The position numbers and the translations under genes are program-made. From Turneriella sp. (GTDB lineage Bacteria; Spirochaetota; Leptospiria; Turneriellales; Turneriellaceae), in the NCBI GenBank assembly GCA_965279515.1, contig CBDIID010000003.1, positions 1,536,001-1,600,000 on the forward strand: 64,000 bases of DNA. Direction: 5' to 3'. Shown here piece by piece: positions 50,146 to 58,904 of this stretch. The notes beneath the pieces were generated by a model. The model was not told where the DNA came from and did no database searches. It saw only the letters and a list, made by a program, of their open reading frames with translations. Every line of letters starts with the position of its first letter. Within the stretch, counting starts at the first letter, position 1.

Positions 50146-50799
50146 TTACGTTCTTAAGCCCAGCTTTCTATCGAGCCAATTGGCCCAAAATAGCACCGGC
50201 ATGAGCGCCAGCGAGCTGATGGCCAGTACCGTCTGGTTATTCGGCGGTGGCGGCCCGAAAATGAAGCCGGCGTACATAATGAGAAAGAACACAACCATCA
50301 GCAGAAAGTGAATGCGCCCCGATTTTGAAAACTGCGGCGCCATCTTCGCATAGACAAACACACCGATGGCAAAGAGTGAAAGCTCGGCGATGAGCGTGCC
50401 CGCAAGCGAATTCCACAGGCCGAGACCAACTTTCTCTGCATGCGGCGCGAGCGGCATGTCAGGGCGGTGCGTGATATAGTCCAGAATCCAGTGACTGAAG
50501 ACGGCAAACGCAATCCATAGAAATGCTTTTGCAGTACGGATGCGCAGCCATACCACAGCGGCAAAAACCAGCGACCAGACTACAGCCATCATCAGGCTGT
50601 GCGACCAGTGCACAATCTCGAGATTTAAGGGAGTGACGCGGGTAATGCCGGGAACAATACTCGCCTTCTCGATGCCGACGAGCAGAAAGATCGGCCAGAG
50701 AATGTCGAGAAAGAGCGCGGCGGCGAACCAGATGCCGAGCGGCACCTTAGGCTCGGCCTTCTTAAGCGCGAAGCCGACTGCAAAATGTCCGATGAACAT
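50146..50799 (-). CDS. Membrane-bound metal-dependent hydrolase (YdjM-like)
   Basis: MFIGH, LDILWP, WSHSL, FSHWILDYITHRPD, GLGLW. Confidence 0.8.
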   Translation of the reverse strand: MFIGHFAVGFALKKAEPKVPLGIWFAAALFLDILWPIFLLVGIEKASIVPGITRVTPLNLEIVHWSHSLMMAVVWSLVFAAVVWLRIRTAKAFLWIAFAVFSHWILDYITHRPDMPLAPHAEKVGLGLWNSLAGTLIAELSLFAIGVFVYAKMAPQFSKSGRIHFLLMVVFFLIMYAGFIFGPPPPNNQTVLAISSLALMPVLFWANWLDRKLGLRT

Positions 50800-50847
50800 G
50801 GCACTGGGGAAATCCCCCTGAGTATCAGGTCAAGTCGATTCGCCGCT

Positions 50848-51258
50848 TCAGCGCAGTACGTAGATGCCGAGAACCGCGATGCCGGTATACATCGCAATCG
50901 TCGCAGCGCCGGGATAATCTTTCGCGATGCGCTGCCCGGCAAAGAGCTGAAGGAGCGTCGCGCAGGCGAGCACCAGCCCCCAGAATGCGGCGACAGTTGA
51001 ACCCGAGAACAAAATCACTAGCGCGCCCGCCGCGCAAAGCAGCGATGCCAGAAGTTCCATGGCTGTGATGGCGATGAGCGAAGGTTTTACGACACCTTTA
51101 AGAATCGTTTTACTGAAATGCCCGGTCATCCAGCTGAGGTTGCCCTTAAAATCGAAGACCTTGTCGAGCCCCGACTGCGCGAACAGCACCGCCATCAGCG
51201 CGGGAATAATCACGCGCATGACTTTAAGTTGCAGATTCGGATCGATGAGTAAGTCCAT
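50848..51258 (-). CDS. DoxX family membrane protein
   Basis: F.QSGLDKVFD.KGNL.W, GQRIAKDY.GA. Confidence 0.8.
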   Translation of the reverse strand: MDLLIDPNLQLKVMRVIIPALMAVLFAQSGLDKVFDFKGNLSWMTGHFSKTILKGVVKPSLIAITAMELLASLLCAAGALVILFSGSTVAAFWGLVLACATLLQLFAGQRIAKDYPGAATIAMYTGIAVLGIYVLR

Positions 51259-51285
51259 AGACTCAGATTTCAGGGGCAGACAGAA

Positions 51286-52113
51286 TCACAAATTCTTTTT
51301 GATGATGCCGAGCGTGAGCGATCGGTTCTCGAAGGGCAGCAGATGCCCCGAACCGGGTACACGTTCAAGCCGCGAGCGGGGATGCCCCCCGGTGATGCGG
51401 CGGGCAACCCAGGGCGCGCAAACATTCGAGCGCGGCGGCAAGATCAATTGCACCTCGCCGCGGATACGCCCGAGCTTAAACAGGTGTGAAAACTCGGTCA
51501 GCGAAAAGATACGGCTTTCGACTGCGGGATCGCAGCAGAGCTCGGCGGCGCCGTCTTTTTCCCGGATACAGTATTCCACATAGGCTTTGACAGCTTCTCT
51601 TTCCCAGCTTTTGTTCGCGGGATGGCGGTCAAAAATCTTCAGCGCCTGTTCCTTATTTTTGAAAATCGCCCGGCGGCCGAGCGCCACACGCGCCATGGGA
51701 TTACCCAAGAGCTTCACGTACGCAATCGATAAAAAGCCCAGCATCACCGGGTCAAAGGCGATGATTTTTTCGAATTTGCCGGAATCTTCGATCGCCGCGC
51801 GCAAGAGACTGCCGCCACCCAGCGAATGCCCGATCGCCGCGCAGGAGTTCCAGCCTTTATGGGAAAGAAATGCCAGTACCTGGTCGCGGAAAAAGTTCCA
51901 TGAACTGAAAGCGAGTGTACTCTGCGACTCACCGTGGCCGGCAAAATCGAGCGCACAGACATGGTGGTCATCACTCAACGCCTGGATGATATAATCATAA
52001 CATCCCGCGGCATAACCATTCGCATGCGCAATAAAAACTTTCTGCGGGTTCGCCTCGCCTGCTTCGAGATAGCTCAGGCGTAAACCGTTGAAATCGAATG
52101 AAGCGCGCCGCAT
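51286..52113 (-). CDS. Alpha/beta hydrolase
   Basis: HANG, DFAGHGES, GHSLGG nucleophile, GHLLPFE. Confidence 0.9.
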   Translation of the reverse strand: MRRASFDFNGLRLSYLEAGEANPQKVFIAHANGYAAGCYDYIIQALSDDHHVCALDFAGHGESQSTLAFSSWNFFRDQVLAFLSHKGWNSCAAIGHSLGGGSLLRAAIEDSGKFEKIIAFDPVMLGFLSIAYVKLLGNPMARVALGRRAIFKNKEQALKIFDRHPANKSWEREAVKAYVEYCIREKDGAAELCCDPAVESRIFSLTEFSHLFKLGRIRGEVQLILPPRSNVCAPWVARRITGGHPRSRLERVPGSGHLLPFENRSLTLGIIKKNL

Positions 52114-52148
52114 ACGGCACTCTGGGGGGATCGATCACGGCGCAAACA

Positions 52149-52673
52149 TCACAACACTTCGTAGCGGGATTGAACGAAACCGTTGGGCCAACTCTGGGTC
52201 TCTGTGTGCCTCAGCAAAACGTCGCGATCCAGCGCGCCGAAGAGCGGCAAGCCCTCGCCGATCAGCACCGGCAGACGCGTGATCGTCAGATCGCTGACGA
52301 GTTTCTCCCGCAGAAATGCCTGAATCAGGCGGCCGCCATCGAGGTAAATTTTGCGGCAGCCCTGGGCACTGAGTTCGTGCACGAGCTGTTGCGGCGTGAG
52401 TGCTGAGACTTCGACGCGGTCATCGGCAGCCGCAAGTGGTTTGTGCGTCATCACCACCACGCGCTGCGCCGGGTAAGGCCATTTCTCAAACTCAAGGGCT
52501 TTGTCATAGCTGCCCCGCCCCATGACCAGTGCATCAACATCCTTATTAAAGTCGGCATAACCATAATCTTCGCCCTTGAGTTCATGGCGCGCATCCAGCA
52601 GCCAGTCGAGGCCGCCACCAAGGCGCGCGATAAAACCATCGAGACTCACCGCGATAAATACTGAGACCTGCAT
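52149..52673 (-). CDS. Dihydrofolate reductase family (RibD C-terminal-like) protein
   Basis: FIAVSLDGFIA, LVMGRGSY, WPY, YLDGG, PVLIGEGLPLF. Confidence 0.92.
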   Translation of the reverse strand: MQVSVFIAVSLDGFIARLGGGLDWLLDARHELKGEDYGYADFNKDVDALVMGRGSYDKALEFEKWPYPAQRVVVMTHKPLAAADDRVEVSALTPQQLVHELSAQGCRKIYLDGGRLIQAFLREKLVSDLTITRLPVLIGEGLPLFGALDRDVLLRHTETQSWPNGFVQSRYEVL

Positions 52674-52679
52674 TCTACT

Positions 52680-52728
52680 CCTTATATTCTACAATGTAGA
52701 ATATAAGGCAATCTTTCTACGCCGTAGA
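52680..52728. promoter_or_regulatory. Tandem TetR-type operators (TCTAC-N3-GTAGA)
   Basis: Perfect CCTTATATTCTACA-A-TGTAGAATATAAGG (52680-52708) and TCTAC-GCC-GTAGA (52716-52728) between divergent genes. Confidence 0.8.
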
Positions 52729-52774
52729 CTTTGTAAAGCCGTTTACGGAGCACGGGCCTTACGGAAACGGGGCG

Positions 52775-53323
52775 ATGCCGAAAAAAGCAGGCAGGCCCGC
52801 AAAGGCGCGCCTCACGCAGGACCAGATTCTGCGCGAGACCATCGCGCTATTGCGGCAGGGCAAAGGCGAGCTCAGCATGCGGGCGCTTGCCGGCCACCTG
52901 GGCGTCGACCCCATGGCGATCTACCATTACTTCCCCAACCGCGAGGCACTCTGGCAGGCGGCCCTCGAAACGGTATTTGCCGATCTCCCGGTTGCAGCTC
53001 AGGGTGCATCGTGGCAAGACTCTGCTATGGAATTCCTCATCGCATACCATGGTATTGCGCTGCGTAATTTTCACCTCACGCACTTTCTCGTAACGCATGC
53101 TGAAATGCGCATAACCGCGATCGATACCTTCAACGCTCATCTCTTGAAGACACTCAGCGCCTCAGGCTTCGGCAGTGAACGCACTGAACTTATGCGCGAC
53201 CTGCTCATCGATTACCTGCACGGCTACCTGATGGCTGAGGTGCATTATTCGCCCAAAGAAAAAAAGCAGCGCGCGCAGCAGGTGCCGGTGACGCTGCGCT
53301 GGATTCTCACGTCGCTGCGTTAA
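52775..53323 (+). CDS. TetR family transcriptional regulator
   Basis: LSMRALAGHLGVDPMAIYHYFPNREAL HTH. Confidence 0.95.
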   Translation: MPKKAGRPAKARLTQDQILRETIALLRQGKGELSMRALAGHLGVDPMAIYHYFPNREALWQAALETVFADLPVAAQGASWQDSAMEFLIAYHGIALRNFHLTHFLVTHAEMRITAIDTFNAHLLKTLSASGFGSERTELMRDLLIDYLHGYLMAEVHYSPKEKKQRAQQVPVTLRWILTSLR

Positions 53324-53451
53324 TTTTTGCCGCCGGGCATATCTGAAGTTATATTTCCCTTCGCAGCATCCGCTGCCTCTATGCGCTAATCCGCTCAAAC
53401 CTCACCAACCATTATTCTGGTCATTTCTATTGTTTTGTTTAAGGAGCGGAT

Positions 53452-54879
53452 ATGCATTCCATTCAATTGTCACAGGTTTCCTTTGCCTTTCCGGGATCGC
53501 AAACGATTCTGGACGAGATTAATTTTTCAATCGCTTCGGGCATTGTCGCCCTCGCCGGCCCCAACGGCGCAGGCAAGACAACGCTCATGCGCCTCATGCT
53601 GCGGTTGCTTCACCCGCAGCAAGGCCATGTCATCTGGCATGGTTTTGATGAATGCGGTTGGTTGCCGCAGAACCTCACCGCGGCAACGCGCAGCAGCGGC
53701 GAAGAGAAGATGCGTTGTCTTGCGGGCTTGTTGCGTGACGGCAACAGCGTCGTTTTTCTCGACGAACCCGAAACGCATCTCGATCACAAAAACCGTGAGT
53801 GGTTACGCAAGTCACTCGCCCGGCACCGGGGTCTCGTCGTGATCGCCTCGCATGACCCTACGCTGCTTGATGATGCCAGCGTAATACTGCATACCGAGAT
53901 GCGGCAGGTCGTCGTCTACCGGATGCCTTACGCGGCCTACCAGGCTGAGATCGAAAACAAAAAAGCCAACCAGATCGCGAACGTTAACCACGCCGAACAC
54001 GAACTCAAAAAGGCCGAACGGGCGCGCCGCGCCGATTTCGAGCGGCAGTTGAAACGCAGCCGCAACGCCGCGGCGCGTGCACCGCTCGCGGGCATACCCC
54101 GCATCGCGCGCGGCATCATGAAGCGCAACGCCGAGCAGACTCTCGGTAAAATTATCCGCAAGAATAAAAAAAAGGGCGAGGCGGATATCGCGGCGCTCGA
54201 AAACCTGCGCGCCAAAAAAGGTTCACGCGCCGAATTCACTTTCACGGCGATGCATCCGACTGGGGGGCCGGCGCCGTATCTTGAAGTGCACGACCTGCAA
54301 CTGTACCGGGCCGATGGTACAGTGCTGTGGCAGAGACCGGTTTCGTTTTCAGTGAAAGCCGGTGAGCCACTGCAAATTGCCGGAGCCAATGGCAGCGGTA
54401 AGAGCATGCTGCTGACAACTCTGCGCGGCGAGGGAGAATTCCAAAGCACGGGAAATATTGTTTTGGGGCCGGGGCAAATCCGCCTCATGGATTCTGCGCA
54501 CACCGCTATTGCCGCCGACGCACAGGTTTTAGAGCTCACCAGGAATGCAGGCATCAGCGATGACCCCGGTGAAGCCCGGCGCCTTCTGGGCGCGTACGGC
54601 TTTCCCGGTGATGCGGTGTTTCGCCCGTTTCACAGCCTCAGCGCAGGGGAAAAAATGCGGCTGCGGCTCTTCTGGATCAGCCATGCGCCCCGCCCCGTCA
54701 CCGGCATCTTCTCTGACGAAGCCGAGACCGGTCTCGACACAGAGGCGCGCCGCCTCTATGCCGATTTTCTGAATGCGTTTCCGGGGCTTGTCGTTGTCGT
54801 GAGCCACGATGTAAACTTCGTTCGATCGCTGCAGATACGAAACCGGGTTGTGCTTGACATGAGCCCTGTTATGGAGTAA
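53452..54879 (+). CDS. ABC-F family ATPase (two NBDs, no TM), ARE-like
   Basis: GPNGAGKT, LDEPETHLD, SHD; GANGSGKS, LSAGE, DEAE, SHD; helical linker; AAGGAG RBS. Confidence 0.8.
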   Translation: MHSIQLSQVSFAFPGSQTILDEINFSIASGIVALAGPNGAGKTTLMRLMLRLLHPQQGHVIWHGFDECGWLPQNLTAATRSSGEEKMRCLAGLLRDGNSVVFLDEPETHLDHKNREWLRKSLARHRGLVVIASHDPTLLDDASVILHTEMRQVVVYRMPYAAYQAEIENKKANQIANVNHAEHELKKAERARRADFERQLKRSRNAAARAPLAGIPRIARGIMKRNAEQTLGKIIRKNKKKGEADIAALENLRAKKGSRAEFTFTAMHPTGGPAPYLEVHDLQLYRADGTVLWQRPVSFSVKAGEPLQIAGANGSGKSMLLTTLRGEGEFQSTGNIVLGPGQIRLMDSAHTAIAADAQVLELTRNAGISDDPGEARRLLGAYGFPGDAVFRPFHSLSAGEKMRLRLFWISHAPRPVTGIFSDEAETGLDTEARRLYADFLNAFPGLVVVVSHDVNFVRSLQIRNRVVLDMSPVME

Positions 54880-54887
54880 AAAAAGCC

Positions 54888-56226
54888 ATGCCCGCAATTG
54901 CAATCGTCGGCCGACAGAATGTGGGCAAGAGTTCCCTCTTTAATAGCCTGCTCGGCCACCGCAAGAGCATCATCTACAACCAGCCCGGTGTCACGCGCGA
55001 CCTCATCACCGAGAAGGTGCCCTGGGGCGAAGGCTCGTGGACGCTCACCGACTTTCCCGGTTTCGAGAGCGAAAAGGTCGTGCGCGGCGACGAGCTGACG
55101 CTCGCGGCGATCCGTTCGGCAGAGAAGCAGCTCGATAAGTTTCACCTGCTCTTGTTTGTCGTGGCACGGGGGGGATTAACCCCGTACGAGGCCGATTTGG
55201 CCGAACGCCTGCGGCGCATGAAAAAACCCGTGTGGCTTGTGGTCAACTTCATCGACGACCCGCAGCTCGAAGCCGAGGCGTCGGAATTTTTTGAACTCGG
55301 CTTTCCCGAAACCGTGTTCGTCTCGGCGCTCAACCACCGCAACATCGGCAGTTTACGCGAAATGATACAGGCGCAATTCGCCGTCGGCAAGAGTAAAAAG
55401 GGCCGACGCGGAAACGGATGAAACGACCGAAGGCCCCAAGGCCGATCTCAAACTCGCGATTCTTGGCAAACCCAATGCCGGCAAGAGCACGCTCTTCAAC
55501 ACCATGACCGGCAAAGAGCGCGCGCTCATTTCACCCGTTGCCGGTACGACGCGCGACAGCATCAACGAGATCTTTCACTTCGAAGGCAAGCTCATCGAAA
55601 TTGTCGACACCGCAGGTCTGCGCCGCCAGCGTAACGTCGTCGAAGATGTCGAATCGATCAGCGTCAAGCGCGCGAAAGAGGCGCTCGAGGTCTGTGACGT
55701 CGTTTTTCTCGTCATGGACCACACCGAGAATCTGGACAAACAGAACAAAACACTCTTCGCCCTCATCGCCGAAGCGGGCAAACCCCTCATCGCGCTCATC
55801 AACAAATACGACAAGTTCCGCGATGACGCCGAAACCAAATCTCAAATCGCCGCAGACCTCGCGGACTCACAAAAAGCCTTCTGGCACTTCCCGTGGTTTT
55901 TTATCAGCGCTTCTACGGGAGAGAACTGCATCAAGGCCCTTGCCAAGGCCTTCGATTTGCGCGCACAGGTATTCGAAAAATTCAGCACACCAAAACTGAA
56001 TACGATTTTGAAAGATTTGCAGCGCAACCACATTCTAGCCAACCAAAATATCAAGCTGAAGTACATCACCCAGGGAACTCCACTCAATCGTTTTATCCTG
56101 TTCACCAACAAACCGGTGACGATGCCGATCAAGCGCCACCTCAATAACGAGCTCAGAAAAAGACTCAACATGACCGAAGTGCCGATTCTGCTCACCGTGC
56201 GCACGGAAGAACGGAAAAAGAAGTAA
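54888..56226 (+). pseudogene. der: Ribosome biogenesis GTPase Der (EngA) interrupted by a +1 frameshift near 55395-55402 (error, mutation or recoding)
   Basis: GD1 (GRQNVGKSSLFN, PGVTRD) ends at TGA 55421; GD2 G1 motif LGKPNAGKSTLFN lies in the +1 frame with no in-frame start before it. Confidence 0.85.
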
Positions 56227-56231
56227 ACAGA

Positions 56232-56364
56232 CAAGCGCGCGGAAAAATCTCCGAAAAAAAGAAAAGCCTCGCCGTTTGCAAAGCCAAACGGCTGCTAAAG
56301 CGCTTCGCTGCTTTTCTTTTTTTCGGTTCCGCGCGCTTGCTCGCGTTTTCCTTTCGGAAAACGC
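56232..56364. repeat. Long inverted-repeat structure between convergent genes (terminator or MITE-like)
   Basis: 13-bp plus 17-bp perfect arms, inner GCCGTTTG/CAAACGGC hairpin, then GCGTTTTCC-TTTC-GGAAAACGC. Confidence 0.75.
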
Positions 56365-57429
56365 TTAGTTAAACATCACATCCTGCCCCGGCGGTTCGTC
56401 TTTCGGTTTCGGATCGGAAATCTGAATCTGCAGCGCCGGCCTGTCAAATACCCGCGGCATCTCGGCCTTCATCAAAAGATTTTTCTGCAACACTTCGGCC
56501 TCATGCGCAAGCTCCCTGTCAAATAACCACTCAGTCGCGGTCATGCGCACCGCGAGGTCATGTGTTTCGACCAGCATCTGTTCGCGCGCATGCATGAATT
56601 CATGGTAGGCCTTGTCTTGCAGCATCTGGAAAGCGTTCTTCACATCGGCCAGGCCCAGATAGGCCGAGGGCCTGCCCGTGTACGTCGCCTGCGAGAGGCC
56701 CGTGGCATTGCCAGCCTTGAGTTTCCACGTTGCATGGCTGACATGAAAATCGCAGAGATAGTTGCGGATGAATTCGAGAAACTCAGACGGCGACAACATC
56801 GCATTCGAAACGTCTTTCGCGAGCGTCGTCATGTCGCCGAACAGGCTGCCCTGGTCGAAATCCTTGATGATCAGAACCGCGAGCTGGCGGTGCTGGCGCC
56901 GTTCGCTGCGCAGGAGCGAAAAAATTTTTTCTCGGCTCTCATGCACACGGTTCTTGAGCACGGGCATGTCCTGGTCAAAGACGACAATACCCGCCCCGTG
57001 TTTGAGTTCTTTCAGCAAGCCCTGTGTCGAATCGACCGCGACGGGATTAAAACCGAATAAGGAAAACATCCGCATCGCCTGCACGCGCAGAAGATCGGGT
57101 AAAAATGCCAGCACGACTTCGCCAAAAACCGCCGGCGATTGCAGCTGCAGGGTATGCGCGGCATGCGTCTGAAACTGTGCGAGCGTCATCGCCGTAATAT
57201 GCCCGGCTGAGAGCGCATGGCGGTAGGCGCCCGCCAGCGTATCGCCGCAACAGACAAGCAAATCACCCGGCGCCAGGTTCTCGAGTTCGATACCGCTTTC
57301 GGCAAAATGGATACGCGCGGGTTTCAGGTTGGGGTAGAGAATCTGTAGCGCGGCAACGCGTTCGCGGTCAGCGGACGAGGCCTGGAAAAAGACAAAGCGC
57401 TCGAACGCATACGCCATGAGATGTGACAT
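56365..57429 (-). CDS. Hypothetical protein, possibly with a degenerate receiver-like domain
   Basis: 354-aa ORF; 'FGFNPVAV...IVVFDQDMP' resembles a REC beta3 loop. Confidence 0.6.
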   Translation of the reverse strand: MSHLMAYAFERFVFFQASSADRERVAALQILYPNLKPARIHFAESGIELENLAPGDLLVCCGDTLAGAYRHALSAGHITAMTLAQFQTHAAHTLQLQSPAVFGEVVLAFLPDLLRVQAMRMFSLFGFNPVAVDSTQGLLKELKHGAGIVVFDQDMPVLKNRVHESREKIFSLLRSERRQHRQLAVLIIKDFDQGSLFGDMTTLAKDVSNAMLSPSEFLEFIRNYLCDFHVSHATWKLKAGNATGLSQATYTGRPSAYLGLADVKNAFQMLQDKAYHEFMHAREQMLVETHDLAVRMTATEWLFDRELAHEAEVLQKNLLMKAEMPRVFDRPALQIQISDPKPKDEPPGQDVMFN

Positions 57430-57508
57430 AATTCCGGAGCGTTTTTCATGGTGTCAAATGAATTGCCCGATGTCGTTTACGCCCCAGCCCCTGAAATGAC
57501 TGACAGGA

Positions 57509-58450
57509 ATGCACCGCCTCGCTTCGTTGCTTGCCGTCTTACTGATCCCGGCATTTTCGATCGAAGCCGCGATGGTCGTGACGGCAAAAGAGCGCATTGT
57601 CTGCACCATCATCAGCCAGGACGATAAATCCCTGACGCTGCGCCTCGAGAATCAGCGCGAAATGAAAATTGCCCGCGACAAGGTTTTGCAGATTTTCGAC
57701 GATGCCGGCGATCTTACCTGGCAGGGCGCGCTGCCGCCCGAAGAGCTACGGCCAGAACCCGTGGAACAACGGCCTCCCTCTTTTGCCAAACGTTCCGTAC
57801 TGCTCGATTTTTATCTCGGTTCCGCATTCGGCGGCCTTTATGCAGACGAAAATAAACTGGTCGACGATCTGAAGATATATACACAGTACAGTGACGGCTC
57901 GGTGCAGTATGCAAAATCTTCGATGCTGTCCCTGGGCGGCGGAATCAGCTACCAGAATTTTGACTCCGACCGCTGGTCGACGCTGATCTCCTATCTGTAC
58001 AAAACGACCTCGCAGTCGGTGACAATCGGCGAGAATGCAAGCTACGAAAAGAGTTCGCTGGCAAATCTGGTTGTAACACGCCGGCATGCTCTCTTCTACG
58101 GCAAGGAAGCGCATTTTTATCCAGCATCCGACGTATCGTCGCTCGACATTATCGGGCAGATCGGCTATGAGCTCGGCAGCTATGCTCCCCTGACAACCTA
58201 CAATTCTTACCGCACCATGCTGACACCTATGCCAGCGGCCTATACCGGTGCCGCATCCATAATTATCCATGGCCCTACAGCCCGTCTCGGTACCGGGGTA
58301 ACCCTGCGCGGTGAAAACTGGCAATTCCGTTTGCTGGGTTTTTACCAGCTGACGACGCTGTTTCTCGCCGCGACGACGCCGCTCACGAATTCCCAGAGTA
58401 CTATTGTGCATGACCTCTATGGCGGCGTCTCGCTCGGGTATGGCTGGTAA
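57509..58450 (+). CDS. Putative outer-membrane protein
   Basis: Signal peptide, small N-terminal domain, amphipathic strands, ends GVSLGYGW. Confidence 0.6.
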   Translation: MHRLASLLAVLLIPAFSIEAAMVVTAKERIVCTIISQDDKSLTLRLENQREMKIARDKVLQIFDDAGDLTWQGALPPEELRPEPVEQRPPSFAKRSVLLDFYLGSAFGGLYADENKLVDDLKIYTQYSDGSVQYAKSSMLSLGGGISYQNFDSDRWSTLISYLYKTTSQSVTIGENASYEKSSLANLVVTRRHALFYGKEAHFYPASDVSSLDIIGQIGYELGSYAPLTTYNSYRTMLTPMPAAYTGAASIIIHGPTARLGTGVTLRGENWQFRLLGFYQLTTLFLAATTPLTNSQSTIVHDLYGGVSLGYGW

Positions 58451-58534
58451 TATCTTGAAACCGTTTTTGCCGGCTCAACAACACGATTATGTACGAAAGC
58501 CCGGTTTCCGATAATAGAATGTCCACTACCTGAT

Positions 58535-58888
58535 ATGAGCCTGAATCCCGAAAGACCCAAAGAACACAAACGGGAACACGGCCGCCTAAAAGTCACCGTC
58601 GACGGCCATTACCGCTTTGCCGGCGACGAAGACTGGATGCCTTGCAGCCTGATCGATATCAGCACCAGGGGGATGGCCCTTGTCGGAAAAAAATCGTTCT
58701 ATGTCGGCGATAAAATCGAAGTACGTTTCGGACTCGAAAAGCGCACTGTCTTGGTAGAGCTGGAGATCACGAACCTGATTGGCAAGAAGGCCGGCGGCAA
58801 AGTCACCGGCATGACCGACGCCGATCGCCTGGCCATTCAGGATATCCTCAACCGCGACCTGCTTTCCGGTAATACGCCGCTCTCTTAA
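58535..58888 (+). CDS. PilZ domain c-di-GMP receptor
   Basis: RxxxR (REHGR) and DxSxxG (DISTRG) motifs. Confidence 0.9.
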   Translation: MSLNPERPKEHKREHGRLKVTVDGHYRFAGDEDWMPCSLIDISTRGMALVGKKSFYVGDKIEVRFGLEKRTVLVELEITNLIGKKAGGKVTGMTDADRLAIQDILNRDLLSGNTPLS

Positions 58889-58904
58889 CCAATCGTGCCG
58901 GCTG

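Noticed and set aside
53381..53389. ATG-CGC-TAA micro-ORF as an ABC-F attenuator leader
   Set aside because: No SD and no convincing terminator/antiterminator
58487..58514. Sigma-28 promoter for the PilZ gene
   Set aside because: Good -10 (TCCGATAA) but poor -35; not enough support
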